Virus record (IMG/VR): IMGVR_UViG_3300023440_000002
Coordinates: 1 to 64,000 of that record
Direction: 5' to 3' (one strand)
DNA from: a virus
DNA: 64,000 bases
Shown: positions 19,871 through 29,501 of the stretch, piece by piece
How the letters are laid out: the number at the start of each line of letters is the position of its first letter
Numbering within the stretch: position 1 is the stretch's first letter
The notes under the pieces: model-generated
Told to the model about the DNA's origin: nothing
Database searches by the model: none
What the model saw: the letters and a program-made list of their open reading frames with translations, nothing else
Program-made: the position numbers and the translations under genes

Positions 19871-20316
19871 TGGAAGATGATCAATTCAAAGATCTAGTAA
19901 TAAGAAAGCTAGAAAAAATAGAAGAAAAGCAAGAAACTCGACATGATAAACTACACACTATGATCCACGACGTACGCGACGAGCAAATGAAAAACTCTAT
20001 GGTTTTATCTCAAATGAAGTTAGATATCCCGGAAATCAAAAAAGACCTTTTTGAGCATAAGGAAGGCGTTATTCAAAACCGAACTCGCATTAAAGAACTG
20101 GAAGAGGCAACTAGGGATCAAGAATCGGCAATTAATGAATCTGTTCAAATCTACAAAGACCAGGTTTCTCCGGTGATTAAGCACGTAGAAAACATGCAAG
20201 CTATGCCTGAAAAGATTCGAAGTTTTATAATCAAAACATCTAAGGTTATGGGCGCGATCGCTCTCATTTTGGCCTCAACTGGTTCGATTTTAGCTTACTT
20301 TATGAAATGGTTTTAA
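19870..20316 (+). CDS. coiled-coil protein with C-terminal TM helix (possible holin-like)
   Basis: Heptad-rich body and hydrophobic C-terminus; last gene of block. Confidence 0.5.
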   Translation: MEDDQFKDLVIRKLEKIEEKQETRHDKLHTMIHDVRDEQMKNSMVLSQMKLDIPEIKKDLFEHKEGVIQNRTRIKELEEATRDQESAINESVQIYKDQVSPVIKHVENMQAMPEKIRSFIIKTSKVMGAIALILASTGSILAYFMKWF

Positions 20317-21043
20317 ATAAAACCTCTACCTTGTTTGTTCCATCACCATTCTTAGTTATTTCAAATGCTTGAGGTTTATTGACTGGTTTGTAGTTCTGAT
20401 TCATAATCGAACTATTGAAGAATGTCGTTTGGCCTTTTATTACGTGTCCATTTTCTTCGTGGATATGTCCAAACATGTGAACTGCCGGCTTAACAATACC
20501 AACCCTTTCCATTAATTCAACACATCCCGTATATCTGTTAATTTTCCTAACGGTACCGCTATGTGTAAACTTCTCTTCAGGAACTGCATCGAGTATCCTG
20601 CGAGGAGGTCCGTGCGTGACGAGTATATCAAGCTTGTCAGGCATCTTAGACCATATTTCGGATGCTTCCTCACCTCTACGGTACATGAAGTGCCAGCGGC
20701 TGAATTTGGGCGTCATAGGTGACCCCCAAATAGTAAACCCGTCAATCTCAATACTTTCATTGAGAAGAAGGTGAACATTAGAGTTACAAGTCCGGCGGAA
20801 ATCTTCTACGTTTTCCTCATCAGTGAAAGTTTTGTCGTGGTTACCGACAGTAAAAACGACATGCTTAAATATTCCGCATTCAACTAGCTCATTACAGTGA
20901 CTGATAAAATCCATGGCTTGATTGTAAGTGCCAGCGGGCGACATATCACCTGAATGAAACATCACATCAAACCCTTGTTCGACTGTCGGATATTTTAAAT
21001 TATAATGACATCCGTGAGTGTCACTGTAATGAGCACATTTCAT
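20300..21043 (-). CDS. calcineurin-like metallophosphoesterase
   Basis: SDTH, GD, GNHD, THGPP, FGHIHE motifs. Confidence 0.92.
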   Translation of the reverse strand: MKCAHYSDTHGCHYNLKYPTVEQGFDVMFHSGDMSPAGTYNQAMDFISHCNELVECGIFKHVVFTVGNHDKTFTDEENVEDFRRTCNSNVHLLLNESIEIDGFTIWGSPMTPKFSRWHFMYRRGEEASEIWSKMPDKLDILVTHGPPRRILDAVPEEKFTHSGTVRKINRYTGCVELMERVGIVKPAVHMFGHIHEENGHVIKGQTTFFNSSIMNQNYKPVNKPQAFEITKNGDGTNKVEVLFKTIS

Positions 21044-21352
21044 TTACTTTTCATCTTTCTTTGGTGTGAAGAAAAAACTTGCAGGAGAGCAAACCATTTC
21101 TGTTCTTTTGTTTTCTGTGCAGTGAGCTTTGCCGCAAAAATCAGTTTCTTTTGTTGGCATTAACCCGAATGGGCCATTTTTTAATGTTATGATATTGCTT
21201 ACCTTTAATGAGCAATCAGACAGTTCAGGGTCAAGAAAAGTAAGTTTGTCTCCTATTTTTACATCCTGATATGACTGTGGTTCGATTTTTGTTGTCGCAC
21301 ATGAAGACATTACGAAGGCCAAGATTCCGGCTAAGATTAAAGTTGATTTCAT
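21044..21352 (-). CDS. putative lipoprotein
   Basis: Signal peptide ending in MSSC lipobox-like site. Confidence 0.65.
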   Translation of the reverse strand: MKSTLILAGILAFVMSSCATTKIEPQSYQDVKIGDKLTFLDPELSDCSLKVSNIITLKNGPFGLMPTKETDFCGKAHCTENKRTEMVCSPASFFFTPKKDEK

Positions 21353-21354
21353 AA

Positions 21355-21738
21355 TTAAAGATCCTTAATTTGAATATAGATTGACTCTCCACAGTCAGCA
21401 CAATACTTCCAGTGGGATTCTAGTTCATTTTTACAATTTTTACAATTTTTATCTTTATCGTCATGCCACTCGTCTTTATTGTGAGTGATGATCAAAAAAG
21501 ACGTTACAAGAACTGGAACTAAAACCAGCAGCTGCTTTACCAAAAAAATAGTTGAGTTGGTGCGATAAGCCTCAAAAGCCAGCAAGGAAAACCCGAACGA
21601 CATCAGTAAGTAGGAAACCAAAGATAGGTCTCGAACTTCCTTGTGTTTGTGTATTCGGTACACTTGAAGCCAATAACTTAATGGCAATAGAACTACCGCT
21701 ATCCATGGTATGAATTCCATATTAACCTCCGTGATCAC
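21355..21738 (-). CDS. PQ-loop/SemiSWEET-like 3-TM protein with C-terminal zinc ribbon
   Basis: WLQVYRIHKHKEVRDLS, three hydrophobic helices, CKNC..YCADCG; likely start at MEFIPW (21720). Confidence 0.7.
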   Translation of the reverse strand: MITEVNMEFIPWIAVVLLPLSYWLQVYRIHKHKEVRDLSLVSYLLMSFGFSLLAFEAYRTNSTIFLVKQLLVLVPVLVTSFLIITHNKDEWHDDKDKNCKNCKNELESHWKYCADCGESIYIQIKDL

Positions 21739-22228
21739 TATGACATCTCGTGTTGCTTGATGTCAAGTTAAAAGTACTAACATTACCAGAAAACAGTTCT
21801 TTTCGGTATTTTTCTTTGTCTCTTTTGTAATAGAGGGTGATCATTGATGGGTTCATTAAGCTAGATGGTATTTCACCTTGCTTTACTTCTACGTGATTCC
21901 TAAATAAAATGCAATGACCTAGTTCGTGTAACATCAACACTTCTTTACTGTCTTCAGTGGAATTAAACCAATATTCCTTATCTATAACAATAACAGGTCT
22001 TTTTTCGGCGGCATAAGTGCAGCGTCCCACCTCTGGCAACTCCAAAACTCCAAACTTAACTTCCAATGATGTTATTTTTTGCTTATTGCTTTCCGGCGAT
22101 ATTGCTTCGAATAGGTTGATGTACTTATAGAATTCGGAAGTTTCTAATTCTATACCTTTAGATCCTGTAGTACCTGACGGCTCTACACCGCAACTAATCA
22201 ATAGTAACAATAATAATGACTTAATCAT
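21722..22228 (-). CDS. lipoprotein zincin/matrixin-like metallopeptidase
   Basis: LLISC lipobox; HELGHCILFRNH; SLM Met-turn. Confidence 0.8.
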   Translation of the reverse strand: MIKSLLLLLLISCGVEPSGTTGSKGIELETSEFYKYINLFEAISPESNKQKITSLEVKFGVLELPEVGRCTYAAEKRPVIVIDKEYWFNSTEDSKEVLMLHELGHCILFRNHVEVKQGEIPSSLMNPSMITLYYKRDKEKYRKELFSGNVSTFNLTSSNTRCHSDHGG

Positions 22229-22467
22229 AGCCCTACAACCCTAGCTGAATTATGGTTAGATGTCATGTTTTGGAACTCTTTAATTTTACCTTTAATTGAT
22301 AAAATTAATCTCATTTGATCGTCGGTTAACGCCTTAACAGGTTTACCTCTTTGTGCTGCGTCGTCTGAACTCAAAATAACATTACCTGTTTGGATAAAAT
22401 TAACCCTCATTTGAAGAGCCACTATGATGCCGCCAATGTCTTCTTTGGTTAAGTTAATTTCTACCAC
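22225..22467 (-). CDS. hypothetical protein
   Basis: 80-aa ORF with GAGG RBS. Confidence 0.6.
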   Translation of the reverse strand: MVEINLTKEDIGGIIVALQMRVNFIQTGNVILSSDDAAQRGKPVKALTDDQMRLILSIKGKIKEFQNMTSNHNSARVVGL

Positions 22468-22641
22468 GTCACACCTCTTTGTTGTGATTAATCATAGATA
22501 TAGCTAATTGAGAGCAAGTCTCAACTCCGTAGAACTGAAATAAGTCTTGTATGAATCCAGGGTTGGTTTTATTTTCGTAAGTGATTACTTTCACCAGCGC
22601 GTCCGGGCATCCACCTGAAAGCTCAATCATCTTTTCTTCAG

Positions 22642-23346
22642 TCATTTCGATTTCTTTCTTTTTCTGTTAGGTGAACCTTTTGGTGTTTTGAAGCTGTAGC
22701 TGTCGAAACCTTTCTTGAATAACATATCTTCGTCTGAAATACCAACGATATCTATTTCGGTGTTACCTAGAACCCCAGACATATACATATAAACACCCTG
22801 AAATGCTGAATAGGTGTTTTTGATTTTTTGGAAACCGCACTGGTCGAGATTATCGTTAATATTTAGTGTTAGTTTATTGTGTTGTGCTTTTCTTATAGTA
22901 AAGATCGGAGTTTTATGTTTACGAAAAAGGCCATCCAGGTAGCTCAGATCCATACTAAAAAAAGAATTAATATATCTTCCAGTTGCGTTACGGCTATTTA
23001 TGCCCATCCATCTCCGTTTATTGGTTTTTGCGACCACTTTGCCTATTTTTTTTAGGTGGTCAATATACTCATCAGCTTTGTAGAAAAAATACTTACTAGT
23101 CTTATCTTTAAAGATAACCAGAGGGTATATTTTGCCGCAAAAACCAACCACCATAAACTCTATGGTGATATCGCCTTCAGCTTCCGAAACATCTACGTTG
23201 TTTTTTACGTGAGAGATCCCATAACTAACACTGTCATATTTAAGCTCGACTTCAGATTTCACCCTATGGTAGACGCAAGTTTTATCGACGCCGTAAGCTG
23301 CGCCGGAATCATAGTAATCTCTGAATTTACTGTCAATAAGCAACAT
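22642..23346 (-). CDS. hypothetical phage protein
   Basis: 234 aa; FRDYYD N-terminus and KGFDSYSFK C-terminus; GAGG RBS and upstream sigma-28 site. Confidence 0.75.
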   Translation of the reverse strand: MLLIDSKFRDYYDSGAAYGVDKTCVYHRVKSEVELKYDSVSYGISHVKNNVDVSEAEGDITIEFMVVGFCGKIYPLVIFKDKTSKYFFYKADEYIDHLKKIGKVVAKTNKRRWMGINSRNATGRYINSFFSMDLSYLDGLFRKHKTPIFTIRKAQHNKLTLNINDNLDQCGFQKIKNTYSAFQGVYMYMSGVLGNTEIDIVGISDEDMLFKKGFDSYSFKTPKGSPNRKRKKSK

Positions 23347-23373
23347 ATACCTCTTGCGTTAGTGTCATATAAC

Positions 23374-23400
23374 TTATCGGTTTTTTTTCACAAAACTTTA
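23374..23400 (-). promoter_or_regulatory. sigma-28 (FliA)-type promoter
   Basis: TAAAGTTT-N11-ACCGATAA on the minus strand. Confidence 0.8.
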
Positions 23401-23433
23401 GCTGTTTTTGTGAAAAAACCTAATATTCTTATT

Positions 23434-23760
23434 ATGGGTAAATTATGGGAAAAATGGTGTAAAGAGGGATTAAGATGGCCGTATCTTCACGATCCGGTTA
23501 GCAAGAAACCCTCAGTTACTTTACTGTTTCCGTACATTACGTTCGTTATTGCGGCTATATCTACGATATTATTGCATTTTTGGCCTTCCTTACTGTTAGC
23601 TACCGGAACTTCCATTATTTTCTGGGCAATGGCTACTGTATTTTACATGCTGCGAAAACTATCGAAAGCTAAGTTTAGTTTAGAGTCCAGGTCTTTCGAG
23701 TTAGACTCTGGTTCTTCGACCGAAGAACCAGAAATAAGCCCCGACGATCTTACTGGTTAA
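23434..23760 (+). CDS. two-TM membrane protein (possible holin)
   Basis: Start reassigned to MGKLWEK, just after an AAACCTAATAT motif; two hydrophobic helices. Confidence 0.6.
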   Translation: MGKLWEKWCKEGLRWPYLHDPVSKKPSVTLLFPYITFVIAAISTILLHFWPSLLLATGTSIIFWAMATVFYMLRKLSKAKFSLESRSFELDSGSSTEEPEISPDDLTG

Positions 23761-24157
23761 GATTTAAATCTAAAACTAAAACCCCACCCTCCACTTTCTT
23801 TACTGCCTTAATCATAGTCTTCTTATGAAAAGAAATATCAATGAATTCATCATCTCCTTCTATTATGATGGGCTTATCTGTAGGGTTGGTTAAAACTATC
23901 GTAATATAGTCCCCCGACCGATAAATCCCATTAATTAGCGCTCCCGCCATAGCGATTTTTTCGCTTAGTTCGCCCGTCAACCTGAGATCAAAAGTGAAAT
24001 TATCTAAAGGGTTAACCTTGAAATCAACAACAACATCAGTGGTTTCCCTTGGCGAAAGCGTCAATTCCTGATCTATCATTAAAGGAAGTGAGGTAAATGC
24101 CCCTTTTATTTGGTTATTCTCTTCAACTAAAATTAATTCTCTCATCGTTCTCTCCAA
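23750..24157 (-). CDS. degenerate dUTPase-fold protein
   Basis: LTLSPRETT..G.IN..YR..ITIVLTNPTDKPIIIEGDD follows the dUTPase layout but lacks the RSS, catalytic Asp and RGxxGFG motifs. Confidence 0.55.
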   Translation of the reverse strand: MERTMRELILVEENNQIKGAFTSLPLMIDQELTLSPRETTDVVVDFKVNPLDNFTFDLRLTGELSEKIAMAGALINGIYRSGDYITIVLTNPTDKPIIIEGDDEFIDISFHKKTMIKAVKKVEGGVLVLDLNLNQ

Positions 24158-24231
24158 AAAAATAATACAAGCAATTAACTATAATTATGCTATAATAAAA
24201 ATAGACAAAGATCAACCCTAAGGAGAAAAAA

Positions 24232-24624
24232 ATGCAAACAAGTAAAGTAATCAGCCTAAGCATCGTTGGTGATAAAACCGGAAGGGTTTATACCGGAGAG
24301 TTTACAGTTAAAACCGTACTATCCCAGAGGGATGAATTTAAGGCTGATTTGGTTCGCCGCCAAGTGTTAGGTCCAAGTCCTGATGGTACTCCTCCTGCCG
24401 CAAAACTGCAATGGGACGCTTACGTTATCGGCCAAGTTCAAGCCCGATCTCTCGAATCACCTCAGTTTTGGGAAGATTCTGATGGAGGGTTAGATATAGC
24501 TGATTCTAACGTAATAACAGAGGTTTATGACGCCATGCTTAAAGCCGAAGAAGAGCTGGTTAAGGAAATCAAAGAAGAAGCCGACAAGGCATACGAAAAA
24601 CTCAACAAGAAGAAAAAAGACTAA
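24232..24624 (+). CDS. tail assembly chaperone
   Basis: 130 aa, first of a small gene pair before the tape measure; AAGGAG RBS. Confidence 0.65.
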   Translation: MQTSKVISLSIVGDKTGRVYTGEFTVKTVLSQRDEFKADLVRRQVLGPSPDGTPPAAKLQWDAYVIGQVQARSLESPQFWEDSDGGLDIADSNVITEVYDAMLKAEEELVKEIKEEADKAYEKLNKKKKD

Positions 24625-25082
24625 TGGCTAATCTTGACATTATCCAGGTTCAAATTATAGCTATGAGTTCTGTGGAAAACCCGACATGGAAGTCGCAGTA
24701 CCGTAGTATTTGTCGCTGGTTCTCTAGAGAATTCTCTACCCCTATAGATGTCGTAGAGAATGATCTGGATGTCGTTTACGTCTTAACTCACTATTATGAA
24801 TCATCTTTTTCTCAACTAAAAGAAAGCGGATCTGAAGATTCCAACACCAAATACGAAGAAATTAAAGATGAGTTGTTGTTGAGTAGAATGCCGGAATCTG
24901 CCGTATTGGCGGCTGAGGCGGAAGATGACGACTGGGAAGCTGAAATGCAGGCTGAAATCGCCGAATCTCTAAGAAAACAAAAGGAAAAAGAAGAGGTTGA
25001 GAAGAAAGAGGTAGATACCGCAGAAGAGCTAAAAGACCCTAATCTTAACGATGAACTGGAGTTTACAGTGCAAGGTGAATAG
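24624..25082 (+). CDS. tail assembly chaperone, second part
   Basis: TAATG overlap in the -1 frame; acidic; precedes tape measure. Confidence 0.55.
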   Translation: MANLDIIQVQIIAMSSVENPTWKSQYRSICRWFSREFSTPIDVVENDLDVVYVLTHYYESSFSQLKESGSEDSNTKYEEIKDELLLSRMPESAVLAAEAEDDDWEAEMQAEIAESLRKQKEKEEVEKKEVDTAEELKDPNLNDELEFTVQGE

Positions 25083-25125
25083 TAAACCCAACCCTCCTTT
25101 GTAGCGCAAAAAAAACAGGTGAAAC

Positions 25126-27435
25126 ATGACATTAAAAATTAATTTCGAATCAGACATTAAAGGGTTTGAACGAGTCCAAAAAGCGCTAGAAGCCCAAGAA
25201 AAAGTATTAAATCAGAATGCCGACGCTGTAGACAGAATGGCCAAAGCCCAAGCGGGACTTTCAGGTCAAGCTATGGATGTTAAAGGGATGGAATCCCTTA
25301 AAGGTTCAGAAAAACAAATTAAAAACCTGGCTGAGGCGCTAGATCATTTATCCAGCAAGAGATCCGGAATAAAGGGTTTTATGGGTATGTTTTCCGAGTT
25401 TGGGTCGGAAATAAAGAAACTTAACGCTGATTCGTCAGTTAAAATATTCAAAACCATGAACACTCAAATCGACGCACTTAAAAATAACATGCGTGGAACA
25501 TCTTCTTTGATGAAAGATTTGAGGCAAGAAATTGACACGGCTAATGCTGAAGGTCGAGGAGTGGAAGCTTCTAAGAAAACAAAACAACTTGACGATTTAA
25601 GTGTTAAGCAGCAAACCGAAGGGGATATGCTACAAAAACTCCAGCAGTCTGCTTTATGGAGAAAGCCTTTCGCGGGCGGAGTGGGTCAGCCACCTGGCGG
25701 AAGCGGCGGAATGGAAGGGTTTCTCGGAGGAGGAACCTCAATGCAGCGACTAGCTACTATCGCAGGTACGATGGCTGTGGCCGCAAAAGCAATGCAAAAG
25801 ATATCTCAGTTTGCAGTCGCGGTTAATGAAAGTAAAGATAGAGGCGAAATAGCGACATTTAATCGGGAAGTAAGTATTGCATCAAACGCTACGCAAGGGA
25901 ATATAGGTAGAAAGTTCTTACTAGATAGAGGTTTAGGTAGAGAATCCGAACTTCTAAAAGAAGGTACTGGTTTTTGGGACAGTGCGGATATGGGCTTTAG
26001 ACAGCTATTTAATCCTTCAAAATCCGGCGAAGAAATATTAAATGAAAAGCTCAATGAAAAATCTAAACTGGACGCAAAGAAAATAAAAGGTCTTAATGAT
26101 GCGGCCACGTTCGAATTAGGGTTAGCTATGGACCCTACAGTAAATTCGGCGTCACTGCAATACGGGGACGATACCGTCAGGAAATTCCTCAAAAACATGG
26201 CAAAGAAAGGGATAACAGTAGAGGAATCAAAACAGTCACTAACTGACCTGTCCAACTTAGGTATTCTTGATCAGGTTGAAGGTGAAGCTTTATTGGCTAG
26301 AGATCCATCTGAACTTATGATGGATCGAAAAGGGGCTAGCGAGTTCCGAAGAAAGGTCGCTTTCGATATGAAATCAAAAGGGCTTACATCAAAAGAGGCT
26401 GTCGCTAGGTACGAAGAAGATCTAGGTAGATTTCGAAAAGGTATAGGCGGAGATGACGTTCCTGTAGGGGTCATGACAGAATTAACTAGTTTTGCACAAG
26501 GTATTCAGTCTGGTATTGTCGGCCGTGAATCCAACTTAGACAACCTGGCAGCTCCAGCTCAAATGGCACAGGCAGCTATAGCAGGGACTACCGACCTAAA
26601 CGCCCAAGAGCAGGCTACCGTCGCCACAACCACGCAGTCAAACCTGCAAAAATCTATCGGCAGTCCGATGAGCGCTATGGGTATGGCTTCTGATTTTGCC
26701 TTAATCCGACTGGGGGTTAGAAATAAAATGGATCGTGCTGCAATAGCTAATCTCCTAGAAAAAGGCGACAGCGAAACTGCGGCCAAGTTGGCGGCTAAGT
26801 TGTCCGGCAAGAGTGTGGAAGAGGTGAAGGCGGCTTTGAACTTAGCAGTTAAGACAACGAGAGATCTGCAAGATCGAGTTTCAGGTTCAACCCCAGAAAG
26901 TGCCGCTATATATAAAGAACTAGGTTTAGGTGGTCGTACGCAATTCATGCTAACTGGAGAAACCACTGGGGCTATGGCTACCGACGAGGCTGACAGTGCT
27001 AGGCGGGGAGCTAACTTATTTGGCGGCGAAACGGAAGGCGATTTCGGACCACAACAAAAAGAGAGACTTCCTAGAACTGTAAGAAGGGAAACTACAGGTC
27101 GAGAGATTAGAGGTTCCAGAGCTAGAGATCAAGAGTCGGTTTACTTAGAAGCTAATAAGCTGGTAGCTGATGCGCTAGGGGAGGATATAAAAAATGTCCT
27201 AACTTCCGTTATATCTGGCGGGTACCTAGAAATGGGGTTGAAACTAAAAGAATCTATTGGTAGCATTAACGATAGCAAGCCAACTCAATCAAGGAATCCT
27301 TCCCCTGGAAGACCTTCTCCTGTGATGGGTGGACAAAAAGAAAAAGAAGACACAGTAGAACTAAACAACTCTAATGATGACACACCCAGCTCGATAGATG
27401 ATTTTATGAGCCCTGACGTAGGTGGACGTCTATGA
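25126..27435 (+). CDS. tape measure protein
   Basis: 769 aa, helical A/G/K/M-rich, between chaperones and hub. Confidence 0.7.
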   Translation: MTLKINFESDIKGFERVQKALEAQEKVLNQNADAVDRMAKAQAGLSGQAMDVKGMESLKGSEKQIKNLAEALDHLSSKRSGIKGFMGMFSEFGSEIKKLNADSSVKIFKTMNTQIDALKNNMRGTSSLMKDLRQEIDTANAEGRGVEASKKTKQLDDLSVKQQTEGDMLQKLQQSALWRKPFAGGVGQPPGGSGGMEGFLGGGTSMQRLATIAGTMAVAAKAMQKISQFAVAVNESKDRGEIATFNREVSIASNATQGNIGRKFLLDRGLGRESELLKEGTGFWDSADMGFRQLFNPSKSGEEILNEKLNEKSKLDAKKIKGLNDAATFELGLAMDPTVNSASLQYGDDTVRKFLKNMAKKGITVEESKQSLTDLSNLGILDQVEGEALLARDPSELMMDRKGASEFRRKVAFDMKSKGLTSKEAVARYEEDLGRFRKGIGGDDVPVGVMTELTSFAQGIQSGIVGRESNLDNLAAPAQMAQAAIAGTTDLNAQEQATVATTTQSNLQKSIGSPMSAMGMASDFALIRLGVRNKMDRAAIANLLEKGDSETAAKLAAKLSGKSVEEVKAALNLAVKTTRDLQDRVSGSTPESAAIYKELGLGGRTQFMLTGETTGAMATDEADSARRGANLFGGETEGDFGPQQKERLPRTVRRETTGREIRGSRARDQESVYLEANKLVADALGEDIKNVLTSVISGGYLEMGLKLKESIGSINDSKPTQSRNPSPGRPSPVMGGQKEKEDTVELNNSNDDTPSSIDDFMSPDVGGRL

Positions 27436-29501
27436 GTCGCCCGTCGCCGACAAGAATAGTAACAGCTAATACGCCCGATAATATGGGAGGATCTAATCAA
27501 AGGTCCTCGGGATGGGTTGTGGCTATTGTGGCTTATAATAACCCAGCCAGCATGTCGGATGAAGGCAATCACGAAACCAATATGATTGTTATCCAGAATG
27601 ATGCGATCGGGGTAAACATAAACAACCCTAAAGGCTCTTTCGGAAAAATGTGTTCTTTATCTCTTAAATCGACGGATATCTGGTATCCTGGCCGGGTATC
27701 TCCCGGTGACTGGGTTGCGGTGTGGATGCATGACAATGAAGAAGATTTAGAAAGGGTAACTAAAAAAGTTGAGGCTTTACGTTTAGGTCAAAGTGTCGGC
27801 AATTCTTTATGTAACGACAGATCGGGCTTAAAGTTCGTCGGGCGGGTTACGGGGGTTACGCATAATGACACAGTGTCACCTGAGGGTCAAAGGGTTACTA
27901 ATCAAAGTATAAGTGCCCAGGCATTCATAGAGTTCGCCACCAGCGTTTATTATACGGCATCCATCAAACCTTTCGTAAGTGACGCACAAAACACCCCTGG
28001 GGCTAGTGGAGGCACATCTCAAAATGTAGGCGCAGTTATTGAAAATATTCAATTTGGCGGACTAGATGATGTACTTAAAAATATAGCAAATAAATACAAA
28101 GACATATATGCCAGAGGGGATTCAGAGTTTACCCCTGATATCATAATAACGCTGTTTTTTATTATCATTATGGGTATATCAAAAAACAAAACCAAAGAAA
28201 CTTTCGGAGTAGAAGGAACTTTCAATAACGGAATCCACATACCCTCAAGAATAGCTAGGCTTTTTAATAAGCCAAAAGCCACTAAAGTGTGGCAAATTAT
28301 GAACGTACTGATAGGTGTGCAGGATTTCATACAAAGGTCTGGTGCTTGGTATAAATCATTCGAACCTGTTATTGAAAAGAAGGAACTTGACGTGTTCCGT
28401 CGGTCGCCGGTTAGATGTAAAGGTTTTGTTCCCTTTCAGCCGGCACTGTGGGATAACGTGTCGATGTGGTCTATTCTAAGCAAATACCTTAATCCGGTCA
28501 GTAATGAAATGTACACAGCACTTAAGATTAACCGAGAAGGCCGAATTGTCCCTACATTAACTGTAAGAGAGAAGCCATTCAGTACCGGACTTTTCCATAA
28601 AATAAGCGATACTGGTGTTGGGAGTGGAGGTAAACTAGAAACAACCGTAGTTGACCCTGCACCTCCCGCTTTCGATTTCGAGTCGGCGACGTCCGATAAA
28701 AAGACAAGTAAAGCGTTAGATACCTATCAAAATAAAATTAAAGAGTTCAACAAGACGGTAAAGATCAATGACGTAATAAGGAATTCGCTTAAGTCAAGAA
28801 CTTTATTCGGAAAGCTTCCTAGATGGCTAATAAGCGAAAGTGTAGTTAGATCATTCAGTTATAGCTCCAATGAAGCAGCTAGGATTAATTTTGTTCAGGT
28901 TTGGGGTAGAGATTCTGGAGCTGTCTTTACTGGATCTCAGGTATCTCATCAGACTTTTACGCAGCAACAGTTCAATAACGGCAATTTCTATATCGACCAG
29001 CAAGACATATCTCGTAACGGACTAAGGGCTTATATTGTTACGTCGGAATACGACACCTATTTTAATTCCCAGACAGAAGGGTTTGCTAAGTTGTGGGCTA
29101 AGCTTAATGCGGACTGGTTATTTAACGGCCAACTTAAAGCTAGTGGTAGTATTAGGGTGGATGGGGTAGTTGACCCTATATGCGAGGGAGATAACTTAGA
29201 ATTTAGAGGTATCTTGTTTCACATCGACTCAGTTAATCACCAAGGCTCACTTTCACCTGAAGGTAGAAGGCAATGGATTACGACAGTAAATTTATCTAAT
29301 GGTATTATCGCAAGCAGCTTAAATGACCCAGAAAATGGAATTCCTAAATACCCAGCACACAGAAGATCGAACAGAGATGAGTTGGGGCAAAGTGTAATAC
29401 CTGGCTATACTGAAATACAAAGAAGAATAGGCGATAAAAGCAAAGGCCCTTTAGGTGACAGCCTTAAAGCTCCTGGTTCACCTAACTCGAAGGGCTTTTA
29501 A
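27432..29501 (+). CDS. baseplate hub protein
   Basis: 689 aa after tape measure; DISRNGLR..GSIRVDG..FHIDSVNH hub-type C-terminus. Confidence 0.7.
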   Translation: MSRPSPTRIVTANTPDNMGGSNQRSSGWVVAIVAYNNPASMSDEGNHETNMIVIQNDAIGVNINNPKGSFGKMCSLSLKSTDIWYPGRVSPGDWVAVWMHDNEEDLERVTKKVEALRLGQSVGNSLCNDRSGLKFVGRVTGVTHNDTVSPEGQRVTNQSISAQAFIEFATSVYYTASIKPFVSDAQNTPGASGGTSQNVGAVIENIQFGGLDDVLKNIANKYKDIYARGDSEFTPDIIITLFFIIIMGISKNKTKETFGVEGTFNNGIHIPSRIARLFNKPKATKVWQIMNVLIGVQDFIQRSGAWYKSFEPVIEKKELDVFRRSPVRCKGFVPFQPALWDNVSMWSILSKYLNPVSNEMYTALKINREGRIVPTLTVREKPFSTGLFHKISDTGVGSGGKLETTVVDPAPPAFDFESATSDKKTSKALDTYQNKIKEFNKTVKINDVIRNSLKSRTLFGKLPRWLISESVVRSFSYSSNEAARINFVQVWGRDSGAVFTGSQVSHQTFTQQQFNNGNFYIDQQDISRNGLRAYIVTSEYDTYFNSQTEGFAKLWAKLNADWLFNGQLKASGSIRVDGVVDPICEGDNLEFRGILFHIDSVNHQGSLSPEGRRQWITTVNLSNGIIASSLNDPENGIPKYPAHRRSNRDELGQSVIPGYTEIQRRIGDKSKGPLGDSLKAPGSPNSKGF

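Noticed and set aside
23056-23433. N-terminal half of the 234-aa + strand ORF
   Set aside because: It overlaps a good minus-strand gene and two promoters; ATG 23434 is the better start
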